A stretch of 64,000 nucleotides of DNA, from assembly GCA_023213395.1 (NCBI GenBank), contig CM041465.1:88543741-88607740 (forward strand), read 5' to 3'. Below, piece by piece: positions 37,056 through 51,102 of this stretch. Numbering within the stretch: position 1 is the first letter of the stretch; each line of letters opens with the position of its first letter. Made by a program: the position numbers and the translations under genes. Under the pieces are notes generated by a model, which worked only from the letters and a program-made list of their open reading frames with translations, made no database searches and had not been told where the DNA came from. This DNA is from Cycas panzhihuaensis. Taxonomy: Eukaryota > Plantae > Cycadophyta.

Positions 37056-40000
37056 ACTTCCAAGGACAAAGTGTTACAAGTACAAATGATCCAAATGTGC
37101 ATTAAGGGGGAGTGTTGGAATATTAATGCACATTTGTTTTGTACCACATACAAGTGGGTTCCACTCTCTATATTGGCCTGTACTATAAATACACAACATA
37201 GTGTATCATATTGTAATCATGATGTAAGGATGTTTTGTTAATACAATGGAGGTACCTTAAGGGTACAGATTCGATCTTGTGGAGGTGTGTTTTGTCTGCT
37301 TGTAAATATCTTATTACAGTGTCTATTTTCCAACACAAGTTCGGATCGATTTATCGAAGTCACAGGGTTTTAAAGTCTCAAATCAATCTTCCTGGCTGGT
37401 CATATGTCATGAAGCTCCTGCATCAATATACCATATGTCGCCATCCTTCAAACTAGTAGCCAAGGCAATAATGAGCACATTTTCTTCTTCCTTTTCTTCT
37501 ATTTTTTCCTTTCTATATCCTTCGATAGGCCATTTTCCTTTCTGGATCTCACTTCTTCGCTATGGGCATTGATATGGATAATGCTTGGTCTGCCCATAGT
37601 AGCAGAAAATGCCAAAAATTCTATAATTACTAGAGATAGGCCTAGTTTTTCCATAATTAAAACAAATTCTGGTATATCTACCTCATCCACATCCTCTATA
37701 TTCTTGCTAACATCCACACCCTCTAAAGTCTGATGTCAAGGCTCATCCATGATTCTAGTTTCTCCCATGTGGGCCTAGGTTCAACCTAGATGAAAAAGCA
37801 TCCTCCAGTTCTGAAGAATCCTCATACCTCTTGTTTCTCTGTTCCTATCTCAATAGCAACCCTGTTAATTCATCAAGAGTCATTTTATCAATCTGATCAC
37901 TATTCGTGATAGTGTTAATAGTTGTCTCAAAATATTTTGGCAACTTGGTTGCTACCAATTCCACCAATTCTTATTCTGAGATCAAGCCTCCTGCACTTAA
38001 TAGAATATTTTGAATTGAAATAACTTTATGCATGAACTCTGTTATAGTCTTACTCTCTTTCTTGTGTAATCTATATAATTCTTCTTTAAGAGCAATTATC
38101 TTGACCTTGTTCTTTTGTCCATATAAATTTTCAAGACATTTCCAAATAGCAGAAGATAAATTCAGTTTTTCAACATACACCAAGATTGAATTAGAGATTA
38201 ACATTTTCAGAGTGAGCATTCCTATATTATCTCTTTCCTCTTAATTTGCTAGCTTTGGATCTGAGCTATTTGGTCGAATTTCAGTTCCATTTACAATGCT
38301 CCAGGCATTTTAAACTCTCAAAATGGTTTCTACCTTAATCTTCCAGACATGGTAATTAAAATCAGTTAGCTTTTCTTGTTCTGGTAAGGAAATGAGTGTA
38401 GAGGCTATTGAGTCTAAGAAAATCTAAGATGACACAGTTTGGGGTATACACTTATACATATTTTTGTACAAAAATGAAGTTGTATAGAATTGAATAAAAT
38501 GCACCTCAAAAGAAAGAGGGCAAAGCGAGGACCTCAGATCTGCTATTAGTTTTTTGAAACAACTTATAGATTTTGAGAAAATAGTCTTAAAAGATAAGGA
38601 GGCATGGCTAGGGCAAGATACATTTTTACTTGAATTTTTAAAAACACTATGCCAAATTCTTCAATATTGGTCACAATGTCTTTTTGATGTTAATACACAA
38701 CATTTATGATAGATTTGATCTAAAGAATTGTGAGGAAATAAAAGAAATCTGTGAAAATAGCTCAAACCCTGCATGGACTAGTAAAGTGGGAAAAATGACC
38801 TTAAAACTTTCTCGGATGACTTCGACCTTGAAGAGAAAAGTGATGGGAAGACTAAGATCTACTTGTTGGTGAAATTTTGTCTCAATATTAAACACTTGAA
38901 TTTTTCTATCTGTACAACCATACAGTTCCATACACAGGTCGTATAACACCTTAAATTCACCTTCAGATAAGTTCTTCTAATAGTCTTGACACTCAGTCTG
39001 GCCTTATTAGCTTCTATGTTTATTGGCCTCTCTATCTGCCTTATACTGGGACTACCTTTCTCAGGCACCAAACCCTTTCTCAAACAGGCAAGGTAACCTA
39101 CTCTGATACCATGTTAGCAATCTCAGCAGTAATAAGGCAAGGAAATGACTTTTATTCCATGGAGATCTAGTCTCCTTTAAATATACATCCTCAAAGATGA
39201 CCGATACCAATTGAAATATAAATGATCTATGATAAACAACCAAGTGTCATTACCTTAGACTTAAGTTACATTTAAGGGTGCTCAACTTGACCCCTTTTTA
39301 CACTTAGATAAAACATTACATTTCAAACCTAGATAAAACATTACATCTCAATAGGGCTTTATAAGATATAAAGCCTCTAATAGAGATGTTTCTAGATGAT
39401 TATAGGTGGGTAGTCCCACACCTATGAGATTTCATAAATTGATTGCTTGTGTTCAAGAAAAGAATAAACATACTCAAGTTGGTCTCTAGTAGGCTGTAGG
39501 CTACTTTTGAAAAAGAGCTATAGGAGTCTAATAGGTTTAGCATCTTCAAATAATAAGGTTCTAGGCCTAGTACTTATGGTAACTTGATAAAATCCATTTA
39601 TCTAAAAATGGTAGTACATATTAAATACAAGTCTAGACAAAGCCAAATTAGTGGTTATAGATATTAAGAAGATAGAAGAAGTGGTTGAATCTTTGTTATC
39701 TAAGATAAACTCCTTAACTAATGAATATAATGCTTATTCTCTAGATAATGAAGTACTTATGAGTAAGCACAAATTCATCAAAACCTCAAAGGAGGAGACA
39801 AAGGAAGCTATGAAGTAGTTTACCTTTGACCAAGAAACAAAGCCCAATAAATGAGTTTTATAAATATTTAAATAGGCTTCCCAATATGTAGGCCTCTGGG
39901 GTTTGATGGTAAGAGAGAAATACAACCTTACCCTATTTAATGATGAGATATATAAATTAGAGGGAAGTATACAAGTGATTAACCTATAAGTAATCCCCCT

Positions 40001-40317
40001 TCTACAATAAGAATTGGCATCAAAGATGGGGGAATTAATAGTGGAAGAAGGAACCTAGGGTTATTAAAGAATCAACAAATGAACTAGGTTCAAAATGTCT
40101 ACTTTTGTATAACTAGAGGACTAGATATTAAGAATTAACCATTAAAGGGTTGGTTAGATTACTTTAGGGTAGTCATGTTCATACTTAATGTGCCTTAATT
40201 GCTATAATAATAACCAGAAATAGGTGGAAAAGAACTAACAACATTCATCAATGATCAATTAAGTGGTTGGATACATTTAAGCCTCAACATATAGAACATG
40301 AAGGTAAAAGGAGGGGT

Positions 40318-41470
40318 TGTAAAGAAAAAATATGTAACTTTTGCTTAAAGCACATTAATATTGTTTTGCTTTAGTTCTTTGTTTGTTTTACTTATTTTCC
40401 CTCTTTCCTATTCATTTATATACAAGAGTCTAATGATTTATCATCCTTCTCAAATTTGTATTTTGTAAAGTTAAACCCACACAAGAATCTTGGGTTGTGG
40501 GAAGAAGACTAACAATAGTGGAGGTGCTAAACATATTGAAGTTATGAAGTGTTAGAGTCTATTGGTACTTAATTGAGAATTATTTTATAGCTTGTTATAG
40601 GATTTTAGGTAGCTCTACTCCTATTTTTGTTGTAAACTTATTATCCTTGGATATCTAAATGTAATACAAGTTTATTTAGAGCTACTGGTGCAACTTATAA
40701 AATATTTTGATATGTAATATATGTATTTATTCATAAGTTTTCACTACTTCATTGGTGTAATTAATTAATGAATGTATCTCAACCTTGAGAAGTGTATATC
40801 CATAAGTTGTTTATCATTAGTCTCTATTTTTCTTATTTTATTATGGGTATTACATTATTGTTCTTTCACTGATATAAGGGTTTAGTCTATTTGGTTATTG
40901 AATCAAAGAAATAAATAGATTTATACATTAGTTATCTTTTTTGGGTTGGTTTGTAGCTAGAATCAATAGATTAAGCTATATTTCAAATTATTTAGTTTGG
41001 TTAGTAGCTTTGAATGGTAGTTAATATCATGGTTTAGGGCATGTTACTCTTCATCTTATTTGCTTATTCTTCCTCTAATTATCATAGTGGTGAATTAAGT
41101 GATCCATCTCTATTGATCTACGTAAATGATAATTTGTTATCTCTTTTCATTCTTGCTTTCTTTTTGTTTGTCATACCTTTAGGTTTTTAATCATATCACC
41201 TTGGTGTTATAACAATAATAATCACATTCTCTAAAGTAAATCATTCCTATTTAAGTAAAGGGTCTTTTTAACTCCTTAGTGTTGATCTTTATGTTTAAGC
41301 TAGTCTTAGATATCTACAAACTAATAAGTCATTTCCAAGACACTTTTGGACACAACAAAGATAGATTAATAGGTCTTGTAACCCCTTACTATTGACTATT
41401 ACCCTTGAGGTAGCTTGAGGTATTTGCTAACTAGTTATTCCATATTAAGGCATTTTTGGATAACACAACG
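40318..41470 (+). repeat. Probable 3' LTR of Gypsy-like host H
   Basis: Preceded by purine tract AAAAGGAGGGG; starts TGT; ends TTTTTGG...CAAC; partner not in window. Confidence 0.45.
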
Positions 41471-41489
41471 ACAATGAGCAACATGTGGC

Positions 41490-43302
41490 TAATTTTATTT
41501 TTATAAGGAAGAAGAATGAAGATAAAGGTTATGTGGTGGTTTTAGGAATTTAAATGAAGAGTCCCTAAGGAATAATTACCCTCTTCCTAAAATGGAATGA
41601 ATTCTATAAATAATTATGAGCTTTAAGATGGTGTCTTTGCTTGATGGTTTTTTAGGATCCAACCGAGTCCTTGTAGTTGAGGAAGACCAATTTAAGGCTA
41701 CATTTATAATAATTTAGAAAACCATTACTTATAAAATGATACCATTCGACCTGGTGAGTGTATGAGTAACCTTCCATAGAGTAATGGATCATGCATTTAA
41801 AGACTTGATAGGTATTATCAATGTTATTTATTTAGATGAAATGACATTGTTTTATAAAAATTAGATTTATCACAGAAGGAGGGTGTTGCAAAGGTGTATA
41901 GAGTTTAACATTTTAGTAAATCCAAAGAAAATGATCTTCGAGATAAGCATTGGTAAGCTACTAGGTTTATATTATTTCTAAAGGAGGACTTTATATATAG
42001 ACCTAGATTATGTTAAAGGCATCAAAGAGTTATCACTTCCTATAAATAAGAAAGTAGTTTAGGCCTTCTTTAGGAAGATTTACTTCTTATGAAGATTCAT
42101 TCTATATTTTTCCAAGATCATCATCCCTATAAACATGCCTTGAATAAAAAATATAGAGTTCAAATGGACCAAAGAAGTTAAGTAGGTCTTTTTTCAAATC
42201 AATGAGTGGATTTCAAAAGTACCCATACAGATTAGTTCTGATTTTGAAGAGGATTTTATTATCTACTCCTATTCCTTTGAAGGAGCTTATGCAACCATGC
42301 TATTACAAAAGGATGAAGAAGGGTAAGAAAATTCTATTGCATTCCTAAGCAAGTTCTAGAGGACTACTAATTGAGGTATACTAATGTTGAAAAGCAAGGT
42401 TATACTTTTGTTAAAACCATGCAAGACTTTAAAAGTTATATTGTTCATAATCATACTATAACTTATGTTCCCTTGACCCCAGTTAAAACCATGCTCAATA
42501 AAGCAAATCCAACTAAAAGTTGGACTAAATAGTTGGCCAAAATTTAATAACTTAATATAGATATAAACTTAATGAAAATAGTTAAAGATTAGGGTTGTTA
42601 TAAGTTAATGTTAAAGATTGGGTTGTAAATCTAGTCAAACTTAAGGAAGAATAAAGATTGCACCATGAGGAGTTAATCAATACTTAGCTTAAAGAAGGAG
42701 ATTATTCTAACCTTGATCATTTCCTCCAAAATGTTCATACTATTTGTATAATAGGTTCTATCTTAAATCCATAGATAAAAGATCTTAAAGTTAAGAGTAG
42801 TTTCATGTGTCCTCTTATAAAGATAATTATATAGGAGAGGTTATGATGGAACTCTATTGGAATGCTTGGGAAAAAAAGAGGACTCTAGGTGATGGAAAAT
42901 TTTCATATTAGATTATATTGAGGGAAACACTTAATAGAAGTTATTACACATAATATTATTAGGGTAGGCTACCTTTTGCCTACCATATTCAAGCATGCTT
43001 TTTAAAGGATACAGATTTGCTTAGTTTACTAGAAATTTATTGGAAAATAAAATTAATAACTATACATCTATAACTAGTGTTTTCCAACCATCATTTAAAC
43101 AATGAGATTTGAACTTCATCGAACCTATAAATCTAGGTTTTAATAAAAGTCATACCTTTATTCTTACAACCATTGATTATTTTACAAGGTAGGTTTAATT
43201 CCTAGCATCTATAAAATCCATCTTTACTTTAATCATTGAATTTTTTAAAACATATTATATTGCTAAAATTTGGCATTTTAACTTGGCTTTTAATAATGGC
43301 TT
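41490..43302 (+). pseudogene. Non-chromoviral Ty3/Gypsy pol remnant (RT-RNase H-integrase)
   Basis: FRNLN...NYPLPKM...LDGF (RT), YLDE ~41828-41840, YTNVEKQ (RNase H), TTIDYFTR (integrase). Confidence 0.85.
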
Positions 43303-46300
43303 TGTTGGATATGTTGAATACTTTGTAAATGTTATATGGATATAAACATTACACTTGAGTCTCTTTGTCAAGTTCGAGGTCCCATTATAGGCCCTTTGGC
43401 TAGGGGGTTTGGGGGGCTAATGGCACCCTAGGTGGGGTTCATAGGAGGGTTTTTGGGGAGCCCCTAAGAAAAAATTTTGGGTGTCTTATGGGGTTCTTTT
43501 TTGGCTCATGGTTTATGCCCATTCTATAATAAAACCGCAAGGTGGTATCTTATAAAGTTGTTTCTATATATTCTTCTATAATGGTATATGTAAAGAGGTT
43601 AAATGAATCTTTAATGAGTTGATGAGAAGAGTTGGGATTTTTATCTCTATAATTCTTCAACTGTTACTTAGATTAATAAAAGGTCTATGCTTAGACCAAA
43701 ATTTCCTAGTATTCTTTATTATGTGATTGGTTTACTTATGTTATTCACTCTTTGCATGGTTTAGAGTTCTGTTAATACATTACTTCTATGGTTATATTTT
43801 CTCTTTATTTGGTATTAGAGTTAAGGGTTTTAGTTTTGTGAAGATCCATTTGATGAGTAGGAGCCTTGTTTGGTGAACTTGGGTGCAAAGATTATGGTAA
43901 GTGCTACAAAGATAGAGATTAAAATGTTCAATGGCCAAAACTTTGAGTTGCGGAAGTTAAAGATGGAATATATCCTCATAAAAAAGGATCAATGGATTAC
44001 TATAGTAGAAACAAATCCTATAAATATTATTGATAAAGACTAAAAGAAGCTTGATAAAAAAGTAATTATTTTAATAAGGTTATGCCTTTTAGGCATGATA
44101 TTATTAAATATTACCATAGAGTCTACAACTAAAGATCTATGGAATAAGTTAGAGGTACTGTATTAGACTAAGTCCTTAGTTAATAAGTTATTTCTTTGAA
44201 AAGAACTATATTCACGTAAGATGAGTGATGGAGATGTAGTTATAGATCATCTCACTACATTTAACACCATGGTGAGCTAGCTTATTTTATTTGGGATAAC
44301 AATGTCTAAGAAAGACAAGTGTATTACCCTACTATATTCAGTTCCTAATTCTCAGGATAATCTTATGATGATGATTAGTAGCACAAATGCTAACAATCTA
44401 AAATTTGATAATGTTATTATTGCTATTTTATTAAAAGAGATAAGGCAACAATAAGAGGCACACATAAGGCCTAAGAACAATAAAGGTCTAGGAACAAACA
44501 AACAAAATTAAGAGGGAAATCTAAACCTCTAATTAGAGGCACCTTGGTATGTTAGAGATGTGGGAAGGCTAACCATGTGAAGAGATAATGTTGAGTCAAG
44601 GTTGATAAGGGAAAGTCACTTGAAGCTACTTCTTGCACAATAGTAAAAATCTTCAATGAAGCTAATGATGATGTTTATTGGCAACCTTAGGTAAGTTATC
44701 AAATGTTGAGACTTAGTTAATTGACTCTAATACCTTACTTCATGTTACTGTCCATAGGGAGTGGTTTTAGAAATACAAAAGTATTAATGGAAGTGAAGTA
44801 TTTCTTAGGGATTATTACTCATATAAAATTACAAGTTGTGGAAAGGTAAAGGTTCAATTTATAGATAGAAGAATTAAAACTATCTCTAATATAAATAATA
44901 TTCTTAATTTGACTATGAGTATATTATTTATTAGTCAATTGGGTGATATAGAATTAAAAGTAATTTTTAATAAAGATAGTTACAAAATTGTTTAAGGAAT
45001 ATTAGTGTTAGTAAGAGGGGTCTAATTTGGAATGCTATATAATCTTAATGTAAGCACTATGTGTGTTGGCAATTGCAGTTTGATTATTATAGAAAGTAGC
45101 AATAAGGTAGGTGGGACCCAAGTATCACTTGCTAGTAAAATTGTATTGTGACATCAAAGATTGGGCCATATTAGAGAGAAAGGCCCCCATGGTTTATTCT
45201 CTAAAGATATGGCATAAGACATCTCTAGAATTAATGGCTTCTTTGATTTTGATTTCTATGAACATTATGTGTATAGTAAATAGTATCATGTCAATTTTCT
45301 TTCAAGCTCGAAGATAGTAAAGGGTATTCTATAACTAGTACACAATGATATTTTTAGACTTTTTAATGTGGGTGGGTCTAAGTACTTTATCTCATTCATA
45401 AATGATTTCTCGAAAAGACATGGTTGTACTTTCTTAGGAAGAAATTTGAGATCTTCTATAAATTTAAAAAATTTAAGGCCTTGATAAAAAATTAGAGTGA
45501 TAGGTAGATCATGGTATTTAAGACTGATAATGGAGGTGAGTTTTGGTTAAAGGAGTTTGAGTAGTTCTATACATAGTATGAGATAATATAGTAGAAGATA
45601 AATCCCTATACACCATGACAGAACAACATGGTTAAAAGGATGAATAGGACCTTACTGGAGAGATCAAGGGGTATGCTCACTACTATAGGTTTAGAAAAGA
45701 AATTCTGGGCTAAGGCTATGATGACAATAAGCTACATGATAAATAGATCATTGACTATTATCTTAATATACAAAACACTTAAAGAAGTGTGGTCTGGTAA
45801 GAAGCCATCTCTTGGTCATTTTAAAGTTTTTGGTTGTGAAGCTTTTATGCATGTTCCTAACATATAGAGGACTAAGCTTGATTACAAAGCACAAAAGACT
45901 ATTTTCATTGACTATGATGATGGCATTAAATGATTCAAGCTTTATTACCCTGAAACATATAAATTTATGTATAGTCATGATGTTATCTTTAGATAGAAGT
46001 TTAAATATCTAAAGCAGGATAAAGAACTAAAGGAGGAAGACTCTAAAAAGTTATAGTTTAAGATAAGGGATGAAGATTCTATATCAAACTATGAGTTAGT
46101 TGAAGAGGAAGGACTAGTTGTGGAGGTAGTCTAACATCAAGAATCCCACATCTTGAGGAGATTAATTCATAAGAGAAGATAACCTAACAGGTATATTCTT
46201 AAAGACTTCCATCACTTTTATTTCATTTTATCTACTATAGATGATGATCTAGGTATTGTTTGGAAGGCTCTAGAGTTAAAAGAAAGCCAACTTTGGATGA

Positions 46301-46679
46301 AGGCTATAGAAGAAGAAATGATGGCCTTGGATAAAAATAACACATGGGACTTGATGGACCTGCTTGATGATAGAAAACCTATTGATAATAAATAGATCTT
46401 TAAGAAGAATTTTTGGGAAAATAATACTATGAAAAAGTACAAGGCCTACTTGGTAGCAAAGGGCTATTCCCAGGTCAAAGGAATATGTTTTGATGAGCTA
46501 TTTTCTTCTATTGCAAAGGTATCTTTAATTAGATTTTTATTGCCTATAGTAGTTGCCTACGGTCTTGAGGTGGATCAAATGAATTTGAATATTACATTTT
46601 TTTCATGATGACCACGAGGAAGGAAATTACATGTTATAGCTTAAAGGTTTTGAAGTTGTAGGAAAGGAGAATATGGTGT
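43303..46679 (+). mobile_element. Element I: Ty1/Copia (Tork/Tnt1-like) 5' part: LTR 43303-~43807, gag, PR, INT, start of RT; interrupted by J
   Basis: PBS TGGTATTAGAG at 43810; gag start KIEIKMFNGQNF; zinc knuckle ~44550-44592; integrase ORF 45628-45867; RT LVAKGYSQ ~46450. Confidence 0.88.
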
Positions 46680-49600
46680 TGGAAGCACACCTCTAGGGGG
46701 TCATTAGATGTAAGGAGATCAAGCCTATACAATCAACAACTATAGAGCTAAAAAACATTTGGACGCAAAGGAAAGGATTACCTACAAAGGGTATCCATGT
46801 ATCAGAACATAGGTTTGAGGACCCAATAAATGGCATACAAACCTTCCCTTATGGTGAGTACCTTCTTAGATTTGAGATGGGAAAGGGGGCTTCCTCAGTT
46901 TGCTAAGTAGCCTTAAAGGGACCTTCCTATCCTCAATAGTCAAGGAAGGAGGATTGAGATGAAAGATGCCTTTCCCAAGAAAGGAGAAAGGAAGGAGGTA
47001 GACCCTAATGGAGAAAAGGTGTACCTACAAACAAGAAATGAGTGATAGGTAATGAAGCTGCAAGGAGGAAGTTGGTTGGAAAAGAACCAAATCCTAAATA
47101 AAGATAAGACAAGAAAGAGGGCACCTTGAGGAGGATGCTCCTAAGGTACCAACACCCTAAATCGATGGTTAGGTGTGCAAAGGTTAGGCAAGGTGTCCTT
47201 TATTTCATTTTACAATGAGTTAGATAGTGTTATGGGTTGTTACTATTTTTGATTTATCATAAATTATGAGGGGAAAGAAAGAACAATACTACTCTCTCTC
47301 TCTCTCTCAACTCTAGCCTCTCTCTCTTTGCTTTTTATAAATGTTAAAGAAACTAAGAAAATAGGAATCATATGCAGAGAAGCCCCAAGGAGTGATGAAG
47401 GCCATTTTGTGACAGTCTTTAGGAAAGATATGGATTTGGTTATACCTAGAGAAGCCATCCATCAAGGACATGACTTTGAATCTAACATTTGATTAATGAA
47501 AGGAAGAGGGAAGTTGTCTTTAGGGCATACATTATTAATATCATATAAATCAATGTATATATGTATCATTCCATTCTTTTTAGCAACAGGAATGATATTT
47601 AAGACCCACTTGGGGTAATTGATGGAGGTGATCAACTCTGCATCCAAGAGTTTCTTAACTTCCATCTTCACGACGGTGGATAGCTTAGGATGGAGGGGGC
47701 ATTGCTTTTGCCGCATAGGGTGAGTGCCTGGAATAGTAGTAAGGTTATGGGTGATGATGGAAGGGTCTATTCCCTTCATGTTAGTGTAATCCCATGTGAA
47801 GATGTCATAAAAGTCCTGAAAAAGAAGGGTATATTCCTTTATTTCCTCATGAGAACACTCCACTCCCACCTTGATGACCTTGTTGAGAGTAAGGACAATG
47901 TCCTTGGTTGCCCCCATGTACATGGCATTCCCTTCCTTGGAATGAAGAGGGGCTCAATCAATAAGAAAGGGTGAAGAAGAGGAATTAGGCAGACTTGGGT
48001 CAGCTAAGGGTGACCCAAGGGCTAAAATCTTCTAGTAACCAAGTTTGTGATGACCAGGAGGAAGGTTAGGCACATAGCCTACTAGATGCTCTAATAATGC
48101 CTTGTCGTTCTCGAAGCAATCTACCCCATGGATAGTTATGCTTGGAGAAGATGTGGGACAAGGAGTAGGAGGAGTGGTGAGACCATAGCAGTTGACCCAC
48201 CACTCAATATAGTTGGGAGACCTTCGGAAGAGTTAGAGGGTGGTCTCCTGGGATAGGTGACAGGATGTTCCCTTACCTCACCACTCAAGGAGGGTGATGA
48301 GGTATAAGATAAAGTGAGGTGGAAAGTTACATAAGAGATAGGTGTAACAATGTGTGACTCAGAAAAAAGACTAGACTCCTCAACAAAAGAGGCTTTAGGC
48401 CAGGAATTAAAATGAAATAAACACCTCTTACTCATGTTCAGGAGGGATATGGGATAAGGGAGGTCCCTATCCTCACTGTCAGACTCATCATTGCTCAACA
48501 TGAAGAGGTACCTATAACTCCCCACAACAATAGAGGTGAAGCAAATAAGGTTAGAGGAAGAAGGGGAAGGACCTTCTTCTAAACAAGATGAGTTAGGGAT
48601 GTTAATAGAGCAAGTGAAAGTATGGGAAAATGGGCCCTTATTGCCCTTAACTAGGTCACAAATAACTTAACAGGATTAATATGATTGCTTAGTGGGAGGA
48701 GGCTCCTAGGAAATAACCTTCGGAGGAGGCTCCTAGGAAATAACCTTCATTTGCTCCTCATGGATGAATTTGAGTTACCCCCAACAAGATGAACATACGC
48801 CTTCTATTTGGTCTATCCATGGATGTCCTAACAAAAGATTATAGTCCATGTCAACATCGAGGACCATGATGTCAGTGAGGACATCTTTATCCTTGAGGAT
48901 AAGAGGAATGGAAACTGACCCTAAAGGTATTTTCTTACTACCATCGTGGCCTTAACAACTCCACATGACTAGTTCGAGAGATGCTATACCCAACACTTGC
49001 ATGATTTGCAAGAGCATAGCATTGACAGAAGAACAATTATCTATAATAGTTCTTCAAAGAGTACACTCAAGAGTGTCTATAGATATAATGAAAGGGTAGT
49101 ACCATTGGCATTCCCTTTCACTAATTGGAGGGAGATCTTTAAGGTCAAATGAGATAATAGATTGATGGCTTGGGGCAGTACCCAAGTTGTGAACAGAAGC
49201 ATTGACTAACCCTAAAATCTCTAGGAGGAGAGTACACTGCTCTAGATAGCTCCTCAAGACATCCATCATGGACATCCCTATAGCCACGATATAGAGCTCG
49301 TCGATGATGGAGAAGGGCTTTCTCTTCCCAGTGGGTTGGGGAAGCACCCTTCGAATATCATAACGACTGAGGCAAACACGGATTGTCTTGTGAAGTGACA
49401 GAATCTCTGAAGGAGGATTCTCCAAAGGAAGGTCAAGATGAGAGGAAGAAGAAATACCTATGGTTTCTTTGGTCACTTGAGACTGGGTCAAAGCATATAA
49501 AGGTGTAGTCTCAAGTATCTAGATAACTCTCTTTCCCTTATTTCAGGATTGAGATGGAGAAGATGTTTGATGGTGAAAACCAGAAGAGGAGAAAGAGTTC

Positions 49601-50584
49601 CTTACCCCCTTTCCCTTAGCTTGTGTAGGGCGAGGATTAGGGGATCTTCCTCTATTTCGATTCCCCCTTTGTTGGGTATGCTGTTCCTATTCCCTATGTT
49701 TGGGGAAGGGGTCTCTATAAACAGGTTAGTTTAGATTGGACCTAGATGCTCGTTTAGGAGAGGAGTCACAATACGAGGCAGATTTGGGGTGTTGTACCCT
49801 ACATTGCAAGTCCTCATAGAAGTACTCACCATGAATGGAACATTATTTCTTCTCCAAGGAAGATTTCATCTTCCTTGCTTCAGAAGCATGGGTATTTCTA
49901 TTCTTGGGAGGCACGACTTAGGAGGCTTGATGAATAGGTTTATGGGAAGTTGGTGATGAAGGTGGTATTTAGAGTTTAAGCTCCTTCATCGTACGTTCAA
50001 AAGAACATATAGTAGAAGTCAATGGGTCCAATGTCTTCTCTATTAAATGAGTTGAAGGCTTGGAAGGTTGTTGGGTTTTGGTGTCATGGGACGGAGGGGC
50101 TACCTCATGTCATAGCGATGACTTGAGAGGTTTCTTGAGACTCACTTGGATCTTAATAGCCTTAAGAGCCAAACATTTGGCTATGGTAGAGTCACATGTT
50201 GTTTCCCTTATCTTGAGAACTTCAACATGTACTTCAAGATGAAGAGCATTTATAAAAAGATCCCTTTTTAACTCCTTGGGCAGAGTTGCCTTCGTGGAGT
50301 AGAAGAGATCATGGAAATATCTCACAAAGTCACAATTCATTTCATCGTGACCTTCTTTTAGGGATAAGAGGGCCTTCATTCCACTCTTGAAGGGACAAGC
50401 AATGTCAAAGTAGTTTACAAACTCATCGATGAGTTGTTGGAATGACTGAATTGAATGTTTAGGAAGGTTATAGAACCACTTAAGGGCATTGCCTTGCAAG
50501 GAACACAAGAAAAGTTTCATCAAAATGTGATCATAAGCCCAATAATCGATACACACCATATAAAAGCTTCTGACATGTTCACTT
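46680..50584 (-). mobile_element. Element J: Tat/Ogre-like Gypsy, internally deleted (LTR end, RT N-part, protease, gag), interrupted by K
   Basis: Terminus TGGAAGCACACCTCTAGGGGGTCATTAGA mirrors the K LTR end; RT ORF 47462-47923 (CPKDNFPLPFI); protease IIDNCSSVN ~49020-49050; gag ORF 50110-50559. Confidence 0.82.
48695..48748. repeat. Perfect 27-bp tandem duplication
   Basis: GGAGGAGGCTCCTAGGAAATAACCTTC x2. Confidence 0.95.
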
Positions 50585-51032
50585 TGAAAGTCATAATTTT
50601 GGACTTGTTTTTAAATGTAATCCACTACTGTTGATACTTAGAGCCTTATAAACCTCTTGTAGCTTTCCTTCGATCAGTCTCAACTCTGTCTTATTGATCC
50701 CTAGCTTGCGCGGAGTTGCCTATCTCTCTCCATTCCTCCACAGCATCCGCGCATTGTTAACACCATTTTTTTGTTTTCTATTATATAAAAATTAAGTATT
50801 TTTTAAAAATTTTCATTGATCCATCTGTGTGGATCCTTAGCACCCCTGATCTGGTGTTTTTCAATCATTTTTTTATTATTTTAATTTCCTGTTTCGACCT
50901 CTACACAATCACGATGACGATAATGGCAATTCACAATATAAACATATGTTATAAACATTTTTTTAAATAAAAGTTTAAACAAATTTAATATATTACATTC
51001 CTCTTGGCATCTGTGTATGTGTTGAAGTCCTT

Positions 51033-51102
51033 GGGCCCTTTTGGATGATTAACCCCCAGTTCTTGACCTCCATGTGATCATAAGCTACTTAATAAAAGGG
51101 CT
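51033..51102 (+). other. Conserved hairpin motif (K LTR copy)
   Basis: GCCCTTTT...TTAACCCCCAGT...CATGTGATCATAAG...AAAAGGGCT, aligns with B1/B2 reverse complements. Confidence 0.72.

Larger units (their letters stand above)
34507..37335 (+). mobile_element. Element D: non-autonomous gag-only (TR-GAG-like) LTR element (LTRs 34507-34732 and 37113-37335)
   Basis: Perfect TSD CAAGT; PBS TGGTATCGGGC at 34733; PPT TTAAGGGGGAG before 37113; closely similar LTRs. Confidence 0.95.
24929..39353 (-). mobile_element. Element F: full-length decayed Ty1/Copia (242-bp LTRs 24929-25170 and 39112-39353), host of B2 and D
   Basis: Perfect TSD GGGCT; PBS complement CTCTGATACCA 39101-39111; gag ~37500-38400, protease WYIDAGAS ~37410-37440, integrase 33388-34151, RT 25573-26783 (YVDD), RNase H ~25200-25570. 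Confidence 0.95.
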
